Shown: positions 23,201 to 38,390, counted from the first letter of the whole stretch. The stretch is DNA of 63,179 bases, filler included, from Lenisia limosa (GCA_001655205.1; 12 parts of 12 records of this genome joined end to end with filler, not necessarily neighbours in it); one strand, 5' to 3'. The notes: generated by a model from the sequence alone, not told the origin. Made by a program: numbers and translations.

Positions 23201-23700
23201 TTCGGTATTTACCTAAGAACAGTTCAAAATGGACCAGACAGGATCCAAGGAATCTCATACTGGTGAACAGGAAGGGAAGGAAGGCCTTGATGGTTACATA
23301 ATTGTTTCTGCTCCATGGTTGTCTTTCTTCAGCACGCACAATGTTTCAGATACCAATACGATACTGTCACAATTAATACTCTGTAGATGATTTCAATCAG
23401 GTTCACGTCCCACCATGCACTTCCCCTCGTCTGGAACTGGCTGCTGATGGCCGTACCGAGACTTGTGAAACTTACCGTCTTAGCGCCAGTGTTACAGTCT
23501 CGAAGGAGGATGAGGAGTTCCCAAAGACCCGGAAATATTTGTGCAATGACCTTATTACTTTACCACATTGAACGTTTTGGTAATATGGACAATATGAATA
23601 TGATTTTAACTGTTACAACGTAGCGTTGCTTGACTTCGTATGGACGAGGGCTAAGAGATTCGTTTCTCCCCGGAACATTGGAATCTACGGGCGCAATGAA
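20269..23700 (-). CDS. KIF9: Kinesin-9 (KIF9-like) stalk and tail; motor domain not clearly seen
   Basis: DKDAAFAMYKETDGIELSNVLQENK; TLKEKRRLARQLAASANEAKSQIDELK; EEVIDIEEFAAYNKLKDAKK; VYEELRSVRSDLEYATRLVEQCKGKLFDSFSDWY; ALDEGEEFDQLE|RQRVVDDDPDSLAFYSAHK. These match KIF9/KIF6 C-terminal motifs in the expected order. 5' exons (22300-23700) are uncertain. Confidence 0.8.
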
Positions 23701-24015
23701 CCCGCCGCTATTGATCCATTTGCTTGTTATATACTACGTTTATATATGCTGCTGCACGGAAACCGTGTCATTTATGAGAAACCGTGTCATTTATGATTTN
23801 NNNNNNNNNNNNNNNNNNNNNNNNNNNNNNNNNNNNNNNNNNNTTAATTAATTAANNNNNNNNNNNNNNNNNNNNNNNNNNNNNNNNNNNNNNNNNNNNT
23901 GGACGGTATATATATCATATACTATATCATATACTATAATATAGTATACAATGCTGAGCTTATTTGACATAAACAAAAAAAGAGCACACTCCTTCAATTA
24001 TCCACAGACGCCTAC

Positions 24016-24900
24016 ATTTCGCGAGCAGGATCGCCCCCCATTGCACAGTGGAAGTCCGGCTTTGGGCCCTTTGAGAGTGTTCCGTAAAGCGTGAACTGGC
24101 TCACTGTAAGAAAAGTGGTTAGTTGAGAGCAAGATTTGCTCACCCTGGTCCAATTTGCCCCCCCTCTCTGTCATTACTACTTTGCCCGGGAAAAGATAAC
24201 TCACATAACAAATCAATGATATCCTCACCTAGTAAAATGCCAAAATCAGAATCTTTCACGTTTTTCCTCCAGGGTTTTCCATCAGGTCCCTAGGTTCATA
24301 AATGGTTGGAACTTTGTTGCTTGCTGGGCAAGTGGGTATTAGTACTCCTTGGAGGTATTCCCACTCCACTGAAAGTTGAAAGGGAAGAGCTGAAAAATTC
24401 AGCTTTATAACTACCCATTACTGGTCTCATTTTGCTATTTGCCCTTTCAATCTTCGAGTTGATTTACTCCAAACAACTCTTCCCACATACATTGAACAGC
24501 TTGCAGCTCAGCAGTTTCCTAGCGATGTACTCACAATGCGCCCACGTGTCATTGCGGTCAATACCAACCAAGACCATGATGCCTTGATCAATGACGCCAA
24601 CCTGAAATGGTCAATTATGCCAACGGGTGCCTGAGGCTCAGTCTTTTCTGAAAGTATTTTGTACCAAATCAAAAAGCACAGAGTTTTTGCTTTGGTTGTT
24701 ATTTGATAAATGAACTGAGACAGAAGCGTGACATTTCAAGGCGAATAGGAAAGTGTGGTTCAAAGACAAAAGTAGGAGCCAAAAAATAACATTAATATAT
24801 AGCAATGAGAAATAAAAAATAAGGTTGTATCTGGCCGANNNNNNNNNNCATTGTCAACAGTGACACTAGCGGATTTCACGCGTTGTACAACAGCTCTCAT
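24016..24900 (-). CDS. DTD1: D-aminoacyl-tRNA deacylase, 3'-truncated by the segment edge
   Basis: MRAVVQRVKSASVTVDN|..VGVIDQGIMVLVGIDRNDTWAHCEYIARKLLSCKLFN|GPDGKPWRKNVKDSDFGILL|VSQFTLYGTLSKGPKPDFHCAMGG, including the hallmark SQFTL. Confidence 0.93.
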
Positions 24901-26094
24901 CTAAAAAGTTACTGAAGAGTATCGAAGCTTTGCATCAATTAAATAATCAAAAAAGTTAATTCGACTAAAAAAAGCACAGAAGGTGGGGGTGAAACCAAAA
25001 AAAAAAAAGACCCGACCTATCAACANNNNNNNNNNNNNNNNNNNNNNNNNNNNNNNNNNNNNNNNNNNNNNNNNNNNNNNNNNNNNNNNNNNNNNCTGAA
25101 GGAGTTTTCTAAGTAAGGCGGCCTCTTAGTATCCAGCACACCAGCACATATTCACACATCCAAATATCCCAATGCCCAAGCCCTTCTAAATCTAAAACAA
25201 AATAAAAGGTGGTATGGTACGCAGAACTATCTACCAGCATGTGGAAGCACAGATGCATGATCCATCTTACCTTGGTTTGCTGTGGTGTGGTTGCTGCCCT
25301 GCTCTCTGCTCCTAAACTGTTGCGAGCAATGCAACTTAAACTTAAACTTGAACTTGAACTTGAAATGCATTCTCTAACGGGGAAATATTAATATTCACAA
25401 GAACCTGGGGTTCCGATACACATTTTGGGCATAAAAAACAAGGATGCTTGGATCACCACGGATCCACACATTCATACCACAATAGATTCCCGGTACGCAC
25501 CGGGCAAAATTCCTCCGCTAACTTGGTCTTATTAAACTGACCGATAAAGTGGCGTGGAGTTTGCGCGAGGTGGCGTACCGAGAAACAATAGACCAACACC
25601 ACCAATAGAAACAGAAAACAACAAAGGGCTTGCTGCTGTGCTCCATAGATATCATCGTCCGCTTAAAGAACTCCTTGCCCTGGAGGCGCTACTCCCTTTC
25701 TTCCTTCTCTTTCGTTTTCCCTTCTTCTTCTTCCATCTGTTTTAGATTCCTTCCTCGACTCACAACTCTTACTTTTCTTCCTCTCACAACGCGCATCCAG
25801 CTTCCTAGATCATGAAACTGTGGCACCAAAAGAGCAAAAAAAATCGCAATTTTTATATTTTGTTATGACCCGATGGTGTTTTGGATTTGGGTACTCGCCC
25901 CCTCTGAGCTGTCTCTGAGCCATTGAACCAGAGGTTGGCTACTTCCGCCTTGGGCTACCTTTGGGCTACCTTGGGTCGAGTTACCTAGGAGGGTATATAT
26001 GTCTTAACATACTACAAAAGCAGTAAAACAGTAATAAGGCTTGGACTGCAAAAAAACAACGATACATTATACACCAGGTCATTTAGGAGGGATG

Positions 26095-28367
<2,273 letters not shown>

Positions 28368-28785
28368 TGTGGCGAGAGTATGTTTGTTGGTTCACACTTC
28401 AATTACTCTTCGCAACTATATGCTGTCGTGGTTGAGTTGAGAAGTTGAGAAGAATGCTTATACTGTGCTTATATATAAATTTATAAATTTTAACTTTTGC
28501 TTGCAAAAAAAAATGGCTGGGAGATAGTAGTTAAAATTACTAAGATTTTACTAACGAAGTAATGCTTCACAGTCACTTTAGGGCAGCTGGGCAAAACTGC
28601 CGTCACAACCCTGTCACCCTGTCATTGCCCTGTCACAATCATGTCACAACAGAGGTGTCAATAATTCAATAACATTAAGAATACATTTGGAAAACATGAC
28701 AGATTTAACGAATAAACGCTAAAATACTTGGGTCATAGTCTGGCTGAAGATACGTCTCCATGTGGCTACCATCTGAACGGTCAAC

Positions 28786-28846
28786 ATGAAGCAAGACAAT
28801 GGTCATCATGAAGCAAGACAATGGTCAAAATGAAGCAAGACAATGG
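28786..28846 (+). repeat. 22-bp tandem repeat x3 (catgaagcaagacaatggtcat)
   Basis: Direct reading. Confidence 0.8.
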
Positions 28847-28910
28847 TTGTTATTAGGGCTGGGGAAACAAAAAAAAAGGACAGATCCGAGTGAGTCTATG
28901 AAGAGAATGG

Positions 28911-29395
28911 TCCTTCAGTCTCTCAAAAAAACAAAAAAAGGTCCTTCAGTCTCAAAAAAAAAAGGACTCATATAAAAGGAGGGACACTCAGCCTCAAAAA
29001 CGGGGTCCTCAGTCTCTCTCTCATTTATTTTTGTTCCTTTCTTTTTCCCATGTTAGCACTTTTACTTCTCTTCATTAATCCTCTTCATCTTCCTCCTCCC
29101 TTTCATCATTATAATATTATCCTCCCAAATAATAAGAAATCAATCATATTCACCTTCTTTTACTGTTTTGTGTTTTTTTTTTTTTTTTTTTTNNNNNNNN
29201 NNNNNNNNNNNNNNNNNNNNNNNNNNNNNNNNNNNNNNNNNNNNNTACTTGGGTTGGCGAAGAGTTTTTACTTTTTTTGAGACTGGGTGACCTTTTTTTT
29301 TTGAAACAGAGATCTAACTTTTGAGACTGAATGACCATTATTAATGAATATTTCCGTTTGAGACTGACACCTTTTTTTAAGACTGAACGACCCCT
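28911..29395. repeat. Foldback-like arrangement: cagtctcaaaa motifs on the left, inverted ttttgagactg motifs on the right
   Basis: About 4 degenerate motifs on each side of an AT-rich spacer. Confidence 0.55.
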
Positions 29396-29619
29396 TCCAT
29401 ATTTATGCATACCATTTGATTTTTCAATATGAAAAGCAAAAACAATCCCAGCAGCAGAAAAACCAACTAAAATATCATAAAATAACAACACTTCGCTCAA
29501 ATATCAAGCAAAAACTGAAAATAAATTTCATATATACTGCAATATCCGGCATATCCATGGCAAGCAGTCATATCGTACTTAAGGTATCAAAAGCAGCCTA
29601 CAGGGGAAAGGAACAAAAG

Positions 29620-29894
29620 TTGTCTGGTCATTCATTGTCTTTGCCTTTTCCTGGAATATCACCACTGTAAGCTCTATAGTTTTTAGGCGATATGATAAAT
29701 CATATCATGCTATTCTTTTAAAAACAAAAAAATTACTTAATTATACATTCGCCATCCCACATGAATTCGCCATCCCACATGTAATTTATCCATCATTTCA
29801 CAGGGCACAAGCTCGTCCATTCGTCCGGAAAGGAAGAGAATCGGAACATTAACTTGATCGATGATCGCTTCGCTGTCCCACTTGATGTTCAAGA
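29620..29894 (-). CDS. Alpha/beta hydrolase (ABHD13/Bem46-like), internal C-terminal exons
   Basis: VLNIKWDSEAIIDQVNVPILFLSGRMDELVP matches the W.S...I..I..PILFLSG..DELVP motif; next exon EKAKTMNDQTTFVPFP. Confidence 0.72.
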
Positions 29895-30013
29895 CTGTGG
29901 GAGGGGGGGGGGGNNNNNNNNNNNNNNNNNNNNNNNNNNNNNNNNNNNNNNNNNNNNTTAATTAATTAANNNNNNNNNNNNNNNNNNNNNNNNNNNNNNN
30001 NNNNNNNNNNNNN

Positions 30014-30071
30014 GGGTGTTTCTAAAAAGCGTTCGCGTTCATGGGAGTGTTCGCGTTCATGTATAGTCACC
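30014..30071. mobile_element. Transposon terminus at the segment edge (..gcgttcatgtatagtcacc|ta); same sequence at 55814-55867
   Basis: About 55 bp identical between the two segment starts; shares GGTG..CATGAACGCG with the TIR of 12435-13506. Confidence 0.75.
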
Positions 30072-30116
30072 TACGCTATGTAGTACTACTATACCTGTAT
30101 TGTTCAATTGTTTTAG

Positions 30117-33100
30117 GTAGCTGCAATTGTGGATAACCTCAAATCGTCTGAGGCAGTCCGTAAACAGTAAGCTCTTTTCTAGTGTTGTACTATTTATTCT
30201 TTTTACCTGAAAATATCCGAAAAGGGATGACCGGTTTAGCCCATTTTTGGTGTTAAAAGATGTTGCTGACTCCCTCCCTGAACCCCATCAAAGGTTAGAA
30301 AACAATTCACATTCTTTCATTCGTTTACCCAAACAAAAATTTGTATATATACACACATTTCTTATTCCTTAGCTTTTCGCGCAATTTAGTACAAATGTGT
30401 TCCCAACCCTTGGCAGTAAGCATATTTGCTTTTAGCTGTGTTGTGTCGTTTCTTTGGTGTAAAGTACTTCCTCTAACAACTAGGTCCGGGAGGTTGATCT
30501 TGACTATCAACTTTGTCGCTCTATCCAAGGTTGTGGTATTCTTGGTCAGTACCCTGTTGATCTCGTTGATCTTATTGCTTGGGCCTCGGTACGTAGGAGA
30601 AAACAATAGTATCCTAATAAATGGGCACTTCTCACCACGCAGTTTGATATCCCATCAGCTCTTCGTACCGATGTTTGGATGGTGGGTTGACAATTAGCCG
30701 AGTCTATTACTTTAAAAGCAATTTAGAGCTAATATTTCCACGATAGGCGTTCTGAATCGTTCCTTTCCCCCTCACTCCCTGTTGAATTTATATGTCAGGC
30801 TATACTGGTACCGGACCAATCCGAGGCCAAACGTCGGTTCCGACGACTCGATCGTCATCTCCCGAAGGCTCAGGACAGACAAGTTGAACTGGATATCCCG
30901 AGATGCCACCAGGTGAGAAGGGGGGTAGAAATGAGAAATGAAACAAGGCAGTATCGCCGAAGCCATCCGCATCAGCCTAGGATATTGGATGATAGGGGAG
31001 GTTCATATAGTAATAAAGTGAATTCTAAATGTTTAGTATCACCCAATTTTGGCTTCAGCAGAAGGCCAAATACAGTTGAGAGGTGTACTGAAAGGTGAGC
31101 AAAAGATACTTGTTTCTTGAAGGGGTTGAAATACGGGATAACAGAAACTGACCAAACAGCATGGTCAGCAGCCCACACAGATTTGGCATATTGGCAGGGT
31201 CTTGACAGTCTTGCTGCCCCTTTTATTGCTGCCCAAATAAGAGATGAAGTATGAGGGGTATTGTGTTGTCCCATAATGCTAAATACTGCTTTGGTTATCA
31301 TGAACATATTTATTTGTTTTGAATTGTTACGTTGTTCCAGGCGCTGATGTTTGCTGCATTCGACTCAATGTCTATGCTGCATTGCAACCAGGTTCTCTGT
31401 CAAGGCAATAATCCGGTTGGAAAATATGTGTCTATTCAACAGTTTATCTCTTCACTTTTTGCTTTTCAAAACCTAATGTTTCAAAAACTCTCACGTTCAC
31501 TTTTTAGGCACTCACTGAGAGACTCTCTGTACTTTCCGGACTCATTTCATTCCACGATCCTGCTCTGGTGAGGCAGAGAGGGTTATTGCGTGTTTCTCAT
31601 TTTTCACTCCGTTTGGAATTGTCAGTTGAAGTGTTACATTTCAGGCACTTCATCTTGAGTCTTTGATGTTCAAAACGGATCTCTACGCGATTCCGTGAGC
31701 TCATTAGAATTATTTTCTAGAATTAATAACTTGACGTTGGAGTGAACTGAACTGCAACTTACTTCATCAGGTGGTTCCTTGCGATTTTCTCACATAACCT
31801 CCCAATTGTCCAAACACAAAGGGTAAGCTTTTGCAGTTTGCAATATGGTGATGCCACAAGGACATTTTTAGGAGTAATTAGATGGTGCTGTGAAACGGTT
31901 CAGATGATATGTCCCAAAACAATACTAATAGTAAAATACGAATATTCCTCCCATTGTCTTATTATCCTAGGTCTGGGATTATCTTCTGCTACATCATCCT
32001 TCCGCAACACTGCTTTTCGCAACTGCCCTTGTTTTGCACCTCAGGGTATGGATATGGATACAGGGGTAATACAGTTTGAGCAGTTTTGTCTCACAATCTA
32101 GCCACACCTGATGAATGAAGATTTCACTGTGGTGGCGAACACTTTCCGAAAACTGGCTTCAGTTGACATTTCATCCGTTAGAAAAGCAGTGGGTTATATT
32201 TATTTTGAATGATCCGTTTCCAAACACTTTGATTTTTTTTTTTGTTAAGGCCTGTATACAACATAATCTTGTTTCATAATATATATATGTAGAAATGAGA
32301 AAAAATAAGAGTATCATAATATGATTCTGTAATTCTGTTTTTTTCCTCTGTAGGCTTTCTCTGATCGACGTACATTTTTAAGTGTTTAGCCAACAGAGTT
32401 ATTCTCATGAATGTCAATTTATTGTCTTTTACCCCCATTTTTTACTATTCAGATGGAGTTGTTGTTCTAATGCTTCCCAATGTTGTATTATTTTCAAAGA
32501 GTTTTCCCCCGCCCCTTTCCCCTCTCATTCCTAGACGGATGAACTTATTGCATCTACACCGACTTCCCTCCCGCACTGCTATTTATCAACACCACGTTCA
32601 GAATGGCCACAGGTTGGGGAGCGGGGTACGTTGATGAAAGCTGTTAAAAATCATCAGTTGCATACAAATTTCTCATCGCGCACAAACAGTATCATAATAT
32701 GAGATCTTTTTTTGATGTGAGATATTTTTATCACAGTTTATGGTATTCACGGAATCAAGTCTAACTGATTTTAGAATGTACCACTTCTTTCTGAGCACAG
32801 TTCACACCAATGGCTGGTATGTGGGACAATTTTTTTTTCCACTGCATGTATTCCGGGTTTAATCACCCCCCCCCCCTTTCTTGTGNNNNNNNNNNNNNNN
32901 NNNNNNNNNNNNNNNNNNNNNNNNNNNNNNNNNNNNNNNNNNNNNNNNNNNNNNNNNNNNNNNNNCCTCGCTCCTCACCCCGTCGCTTCCCATCCCCTGG
33001 CTTTTCATCCCCTCGGTGTATGCATGTCATTGAAGTTTCCTCCTTGACACATAGAAAACTCCACCAACGCCATGGCCTGCAGAAAAGCTTGCCATCCCAT

Positions 33101-33972
33101 ACCTTTCTGTTGATGATCTCTTCCTGACGAAGGTTGGTAACTACAATGATTGTGTGCTTTTTTGGGAATAGATTGAGATTGAACGGAGATTTCTTACGTA
33201 CCAGCATCGAATGGCGGTTGTTGATGCTCGTCCGTCACCATGTAACCACGCCTTTCTTCCAGGTAAGGAAAAAGGAACAAAAACTATTAGTGAAAGGCAA
33301 ATTGTTTTTTTTTATATTCCAAGGGTCTTTGCGACACCCTGCTAACATCCCAACTGAACCAATTGAGACAGACTCAGAGGAAGAGGTATGGGTATTGTAC
33401 ATCGTTTTTATAATCCCAATAATTAACAATTAATGTTGTATTCTGGATGTTGATCATTTCCAGTTCCGAATACGNNNNNNNNNNNNNNNNNNNNNNNNNN
33501 NNNNNNNNNNNNNNNNNNNNNNNNNNNNNNNNNNNNNNNNNNNNNNNNNNNNNNNNNNNNNNNNNNNNNNNNNNNNNNNNNNNNNNNNNNNNNNNNNNNT
33601 TGATGTCATTAGCAGAAGTAAGCACAGTGGAAATTATATTCACTTCTTTTAACTCTTGTGTAGATTCAATACACAATTGCATCACTCGTAGCCAAGGCTA
33701 GACAAGACCATCGCCATACATGTGTTGCCGTTTTGGACCAATCTGGGGGAGAAAACGCCTATAAGGTTGGGTAATTGATATAGTCCCCCCTCCCCCTCCT
33801 GCCTATCCAGAATTCATATGTATTGTGTTTATACGGTGTTACTATGTGGGCTGCGGTCATACTTAAGGTTGCTCAAAGACTTGTCAAGGCGAATGTCGGT
33901 CATGTTTGTATCGTCAATGGCGGCATTGACGCAGTTATGTATCACCACCCTGACGCCCTCCAGCGGCTCTAG
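30117..33972 (+). CDS. TBCK-like protein C-terminal region with a rhodanese-like domain (partial)
   Basis: KLAIPYLSVDDLFLTK|IEIERRFLTYQHRMAVVDARP..HAFLPGSL..NIP; HTCVAVLDQSGGENAYK|VAQRLVKANVGHVCIVNGGIDAV..LQRL*, resembling the TBCK rhodanese domain. Linking the exons at 30117-30295 to this gene is inferred. Confidence 0.6.
30325..32169 (-). pseudogene. Decayed intronless long ORF (mobile or viral-like) with a CxxC and a weak SGNH-like C-terminus
   Basis: From ATG MSTEASFRKVF.., protein-like frames run ~1.85 kb through frameshifts and many mostly TGA stops; ends ..KINEINRVL..MLTAKGWEHICTKLREKL. Confidence 0.55.
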
Positions 33973-34177
33973 ATTATTTAATACAGCTTTGCTAGTGTAG
34001 TCAGTGNNNNNNNNNNNNNNNNNNNNNNNNNNNNNNNNNNNNNNNNNNNNNNNNNNNNNNNTTGTTGGCAAAGAAAGCCCTCCCCCCCTTTTTTTATTTG
34101 GTGGCGGGGGGGGGGGGAAGCTTCCGTATAGTTCAGCACAGTGTCAGTAGAAGGAAGTGATATACATTAAATGACCA

Positions 34178-37100
34178 TTAGACACCTGGTGGTGGGGGAG
34201 GTTCTCTTGAAACAGGAAGCTGAAGTGTCAACACAGACGAGAGTGTGAGCGATGCATAAGATTCACACAACAAACCTGTGGAGCACTATATGCTGTTAAC
34301 TGAGCCTCACTGGGATACCCCGAGCCAGTCATGTACTGTTGTTGCGCTCTAAAGGAATAAGAGGAGAAATGATCTTCAAGCCCCCCCCCCTTCCAACAAT
34401 TGTGTTGCTTCGGCCAAAGTAGCAGGGTCAGCCGCGATCTGTTGAGCCAAGTTGGAGGCTGTCGCCATGAAAGTGGAGCTGGAGAGTGTGGCAGCATTTT
34501 GTTTTGCAAGGGCTTCAGATTGCGGCGTTCTGGCCCAAGGGGGCGGCTTGGGGGCTTGCCCAGGATTCGGTAGCGCGTATCTGTAGAAAATTATACGATT
34601 GTTTGTTTCTGTCGTAATGAAGCCTTTGAGGGAGATTTTTTTAAAAGGCAGAAGTGGAAAAGAGTAAAATGATTTAACCGGGAAAAATGCAAAGAGTAAG
34701 TCCATCCCACTCATCAAGGCCCCATTCTTCTTTATTGTTGAGGTTTGCGACTTTTTGGGCTGATAGCTTGCTTTTCTCCTAAACAGGTCAACACATGAAA
34801 TAAGGGGTAACATCAGGAAAAATACCAATCANNNNNNNNNNNNNNNNNNNNNNNNNNNNNNNNNNNNNNNNNNNNNNNNNNNNNNNNNNNNNNNNNNNNN
34901 NNNNNNNNNNNNNNNNNNGATTGGTTACAAAGTCATTGTAGTCATCATTTTGCCGAGCCTCCAAACCGAAAGTTGGTTTATTGGACAACACTACAAAGTA
35001 AATGATGCGAGTATAAAACAGTATAAGACAGGTTCTTTGTATTATCACTCATGTATCAACCAAAGATAAAGTTCAAGAGCACTCACAATTGAATTTTTCT
35101 TGTTCTTTATTGAATCCATCAATCGGGTTTCCTGTCAATGTAAAAACAAAAAAAAAACGAAACAACAACAACAAAAAAAAAAACAATACACAGTGTGATA
35201 AAGTCAATTACATACTACTACTATTACATACATAATACATAATATGATATGCATACATTACGTAATATGATAAATACTAGATGTGCATATCATATTTATA
35301 TTACATATGATATATGAATAGATATATAAAACGCATACGACCACAAAATGAGAGAATTGTGTGGAAGTACAGACTAACTGAAAAGACACTTACCATTTAG
35401 TGAGGCTAATTCCCGAAGTTGAGTACGTTTGTGCATTTCTCTATCATCAGGAACAGCAGCCACCAAACGAAGAATCCGGTCCTTCACTCTTGCCTGAGGT
35501 ATAAAGGGATATCAAGTGCAAGAACATGAACGAAAATGAGGTGTAGCAATAAAACACCCCCCTTCCACTTCCCCCTCACCACTCCATCGTTCCCGTCTGC
35601 GGTGATAATACAATGCAAAGGCATTCTGGCCTCCTCATCAGTCTGGTTCTTTCTACCGTCCTTCGTTGCTCCTCGACCACTGAAGCGGTGTCAATCTTCC
35701 ATCAGTTTGGAACTGTATCAATACATTATTTCAGAGAATGATATGATATGTGTAACATATCAGACAAGTTGTTCTTTTGACTTGAGAAAGAATATAGGAG
35801 AGGGATCCCCCCCCCCCCNNNNNNNNNNNNNNNNNNNNNNNNNNNNNNNNNNNNNNNNNNNNNNNNNNNNNNNNNNNNNNNNNNNNNNNNNNNNNNNNNN
35901 NNNNNNNNNNNNNNNNNNNNNNNNNNNNNNNNTCAGGTAAAAAAAAAACGCCTCAAATTCACCAAACTCAAATAAAAAAAAACAAAAAAAAACATAAGCA
36001 GCATTCGTTAGAACTTGAGAAAAACCAGATGACACAAACACAAAACACAGTCGCTTCGGCCACACGGAATCCAACTATCCAACAAGGGAACATACCGATG
36101 AAATTGATATTAGGGTATTCCTCCACTGGCAAAAAGAACTTCTCAGTGAGACGGCGGTTACGAGGAACCCAGTCAGTGGGGGGCTAGAATGATAAATAAC
36201 AATGATAGTAATAAAAACCCCGAGTGTGTTCTTGATTATGGAAAAAATCATAATTAGTAACTGGTTATTTTAGTACTATAACCCCCCTCTCTCTCACTCT
36301 AAACAGCTTATTTGAGTCCATAGCCTTCACAATGGTCTGATCTCTTTCGTGCTCCAATGTTTCTTGGGCCCTTGCTGCATGCTGTGCCTCAGCTTATTGG
36401 GTAAGTAGGATATAGAGGCAAAAAGAACCCAGTAAACGCATGTATATCACAGAAATGGCAAAACTTTCAATCACAAAACACTACCTACCAAAAGCCATGG
36501 GAGATGGTGAACGGGACCTGGGGGAGGGGGGAGGGCTGTAAAAAAACGAGCATCTTTATTTGCTTCATAGTATTTTATTCAAACATGAAGATGCTATCAA
36601 GATAGGTATTAAGCGAGAACTACCCCACCTTTTTGAGCGGTCTGCTTTATCAACTACTTCTTGAAGCTGACCAATTCTGATCTTAAACACCTTCAGTTGA
36701 ACATGAACTATATATTGTTAGTGATGGAGACTAATAAATGGAGAATAAAATAAACAGCTAAATATCTGTAGCTATGTGAGTTGAAAAGCTGACTACGATC
36801 CCTATCAGAAAACGACAATAGAAGAAAGAAGAGCCTCACCAGCATTTGCAGCGTCCTCCAAAGTTTGACCAGATCCATCCGGCATAAGTTGTTGCTCTAA
36901 TGGCAAGTGTGATTGGTCAGGGGCCTCCTGGTTGAAACGAGACTTCCTTCGTGGTGGCTCTTCTGGACTGGGCTGTTGCTAAATAGTTAAAACAAGAACC
37001 TGTGGTGTGGCTCAAAATTCAAATGATATTGAAATGCCAGTAAAAAAAAAGAGGAACGAAATGAGACAGTCTTCAAACCTGGTAACTAGCTTGGGCGGGC

Positions 37101-38390
37101 TGACGATTGTAGCTTTGGGACTGATCCTGCTGTCTGTAGTCGTAACGTGAGGTACCTCCTTGAGCTTGGTTGTTCCAGTTATCAGTTCTATTGGGTCGGT
37201 TCCAGGTGTTCTCAGTTTTGTCGTTGTTGTGCCAACGCTTTTTGTTCAAACGCCCCTCGTCATTGAAGCGGCTGTTTTGAGCATTGTCGTTAAACCGCCC
37301 ATTTTGAGCATTGTCGTTAAACCGCCCATTTTGAGCATTGTCTTTAAACCGCCCATTTTGAGCATTGTCGTTAAACCGCCCATTTTGAGCATTGTCGTTA
37401 AACCGCCCATTTTGAGCATTGTCGTTAAACCGCCCATTTTGAGCATTGTCATTATCATTGTTCCAACGGGGCTTCCACGATCCTTGTCTACCTCGATTGG
37501 CAAAGTTCCGTTGCCCTCTTGGCTGATCATTGCCTCTGTAAGTGTCTTGATTTTGGAAGTTGTTTTGATAATGATTCTGATGGCTTTGACGCTGCTGTGT
37601 CTCAGGATACGAAGATGGTGGCTAAGAGGTTATATAATGAGATTACAACTCTTTTGATACACCCCCTCCCTTTTTTAGAAAAAAAAAAATAAAAAAATGA
37701 GAGGACATCGAAAAATGCACACACACAAAAAAAAACGAAAACAGTGATCTCAGTTAAATGCAATGTAGAAGCTGAAGCCATCCACATTAATCATCCAATC
37801 ATTTGCTCACCTCAAAGTCGTCGTGTTGCTGTGTCACATCCCGTCGATGAGGGGTCTTCTTAAAGAGACGATTGCCACCCTAAAAGTATTATTGGAGAAA
37901 TTTCATTGATTCATTCTTAATATCAAGACACCGGTCTGATGAAAAACTAGTATTAAAAGCTATATACACGTGGTCAAGCTGCCACCACTAACCTCGACAG
38001 TCCTTCCACGCTTGGGCTGGTTTTCAAATTCTAAAAAAATAGATAAAACAATTGTATTCGCCATGTGAAAAATGCTCAGTCATCTCAATTCATTTATCTC
38101 TCTTGTCAAAGAACAATGCTGATCATCCTACCGTCATGATCATACTCAGACTGTTGAGCCTGGCGCTTGGGCTACAAGGATTATTACAATTAGTTACGAA
38201 GCTGATAGACTATATTGCAGATACAAGGGAGGAGAAAGCTGTCTGGAAACTATTATCCCCTCAACTCACATTTTGACTACCCCTTCCTCCAGCGAATAGT
38301 TTTGTCCTCCGTGTGGGTTCAGGGTCGACTTCTCCCTCCTCAAGAGCAGGAGTTTCTTTCTTTGAGCGGGGTCGTGATCCTGGGATTAAT
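34178..38390 (-). CDS. SF1: Splicing factor 1 / branchpoint-binding protein (KH-QUA2) with a long N-terminal low-complexity extension; start uncertain
   Basis: RRKSRF (ULM-like), RSRSPSP, ARAQETLEHERDQTI, PTDWVPRNRRLTEKFFLPVEEYPNINFIG, GRGATKDGRK..PLHCIITAD, HKRTQLRELASLNG, in SF1/Msl5 order; Pro-rich end ..PPPPPGV*. Confidence 0.9.
37275..37450 (-). repeat. 27-bp coding tandem repeat, ~6.5 copies, encoding DNAQNGRFN
   Basis: Unit ttttgagcattgtcgttaaaccgccca, in the frame that fits the SF1 exon (not the MLKMGGLTT or IVVKPPILS frames of the track). Confidence 0.9.

Noticed and set aside
37275-37450. CRISPR-like array
   Set aside because: Head-to-tail repeats with no unique spacers, in a eukaryotic coding exon, with no cas genes.
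37160-37657. IVVKPPILS and MLKMGGLTT repeat ORFs
   Set aside because: Antisense or off-frame readings of the 27-bp repeat; the DNAQNGRFN frame fits the SF1 exon and its splice sites.
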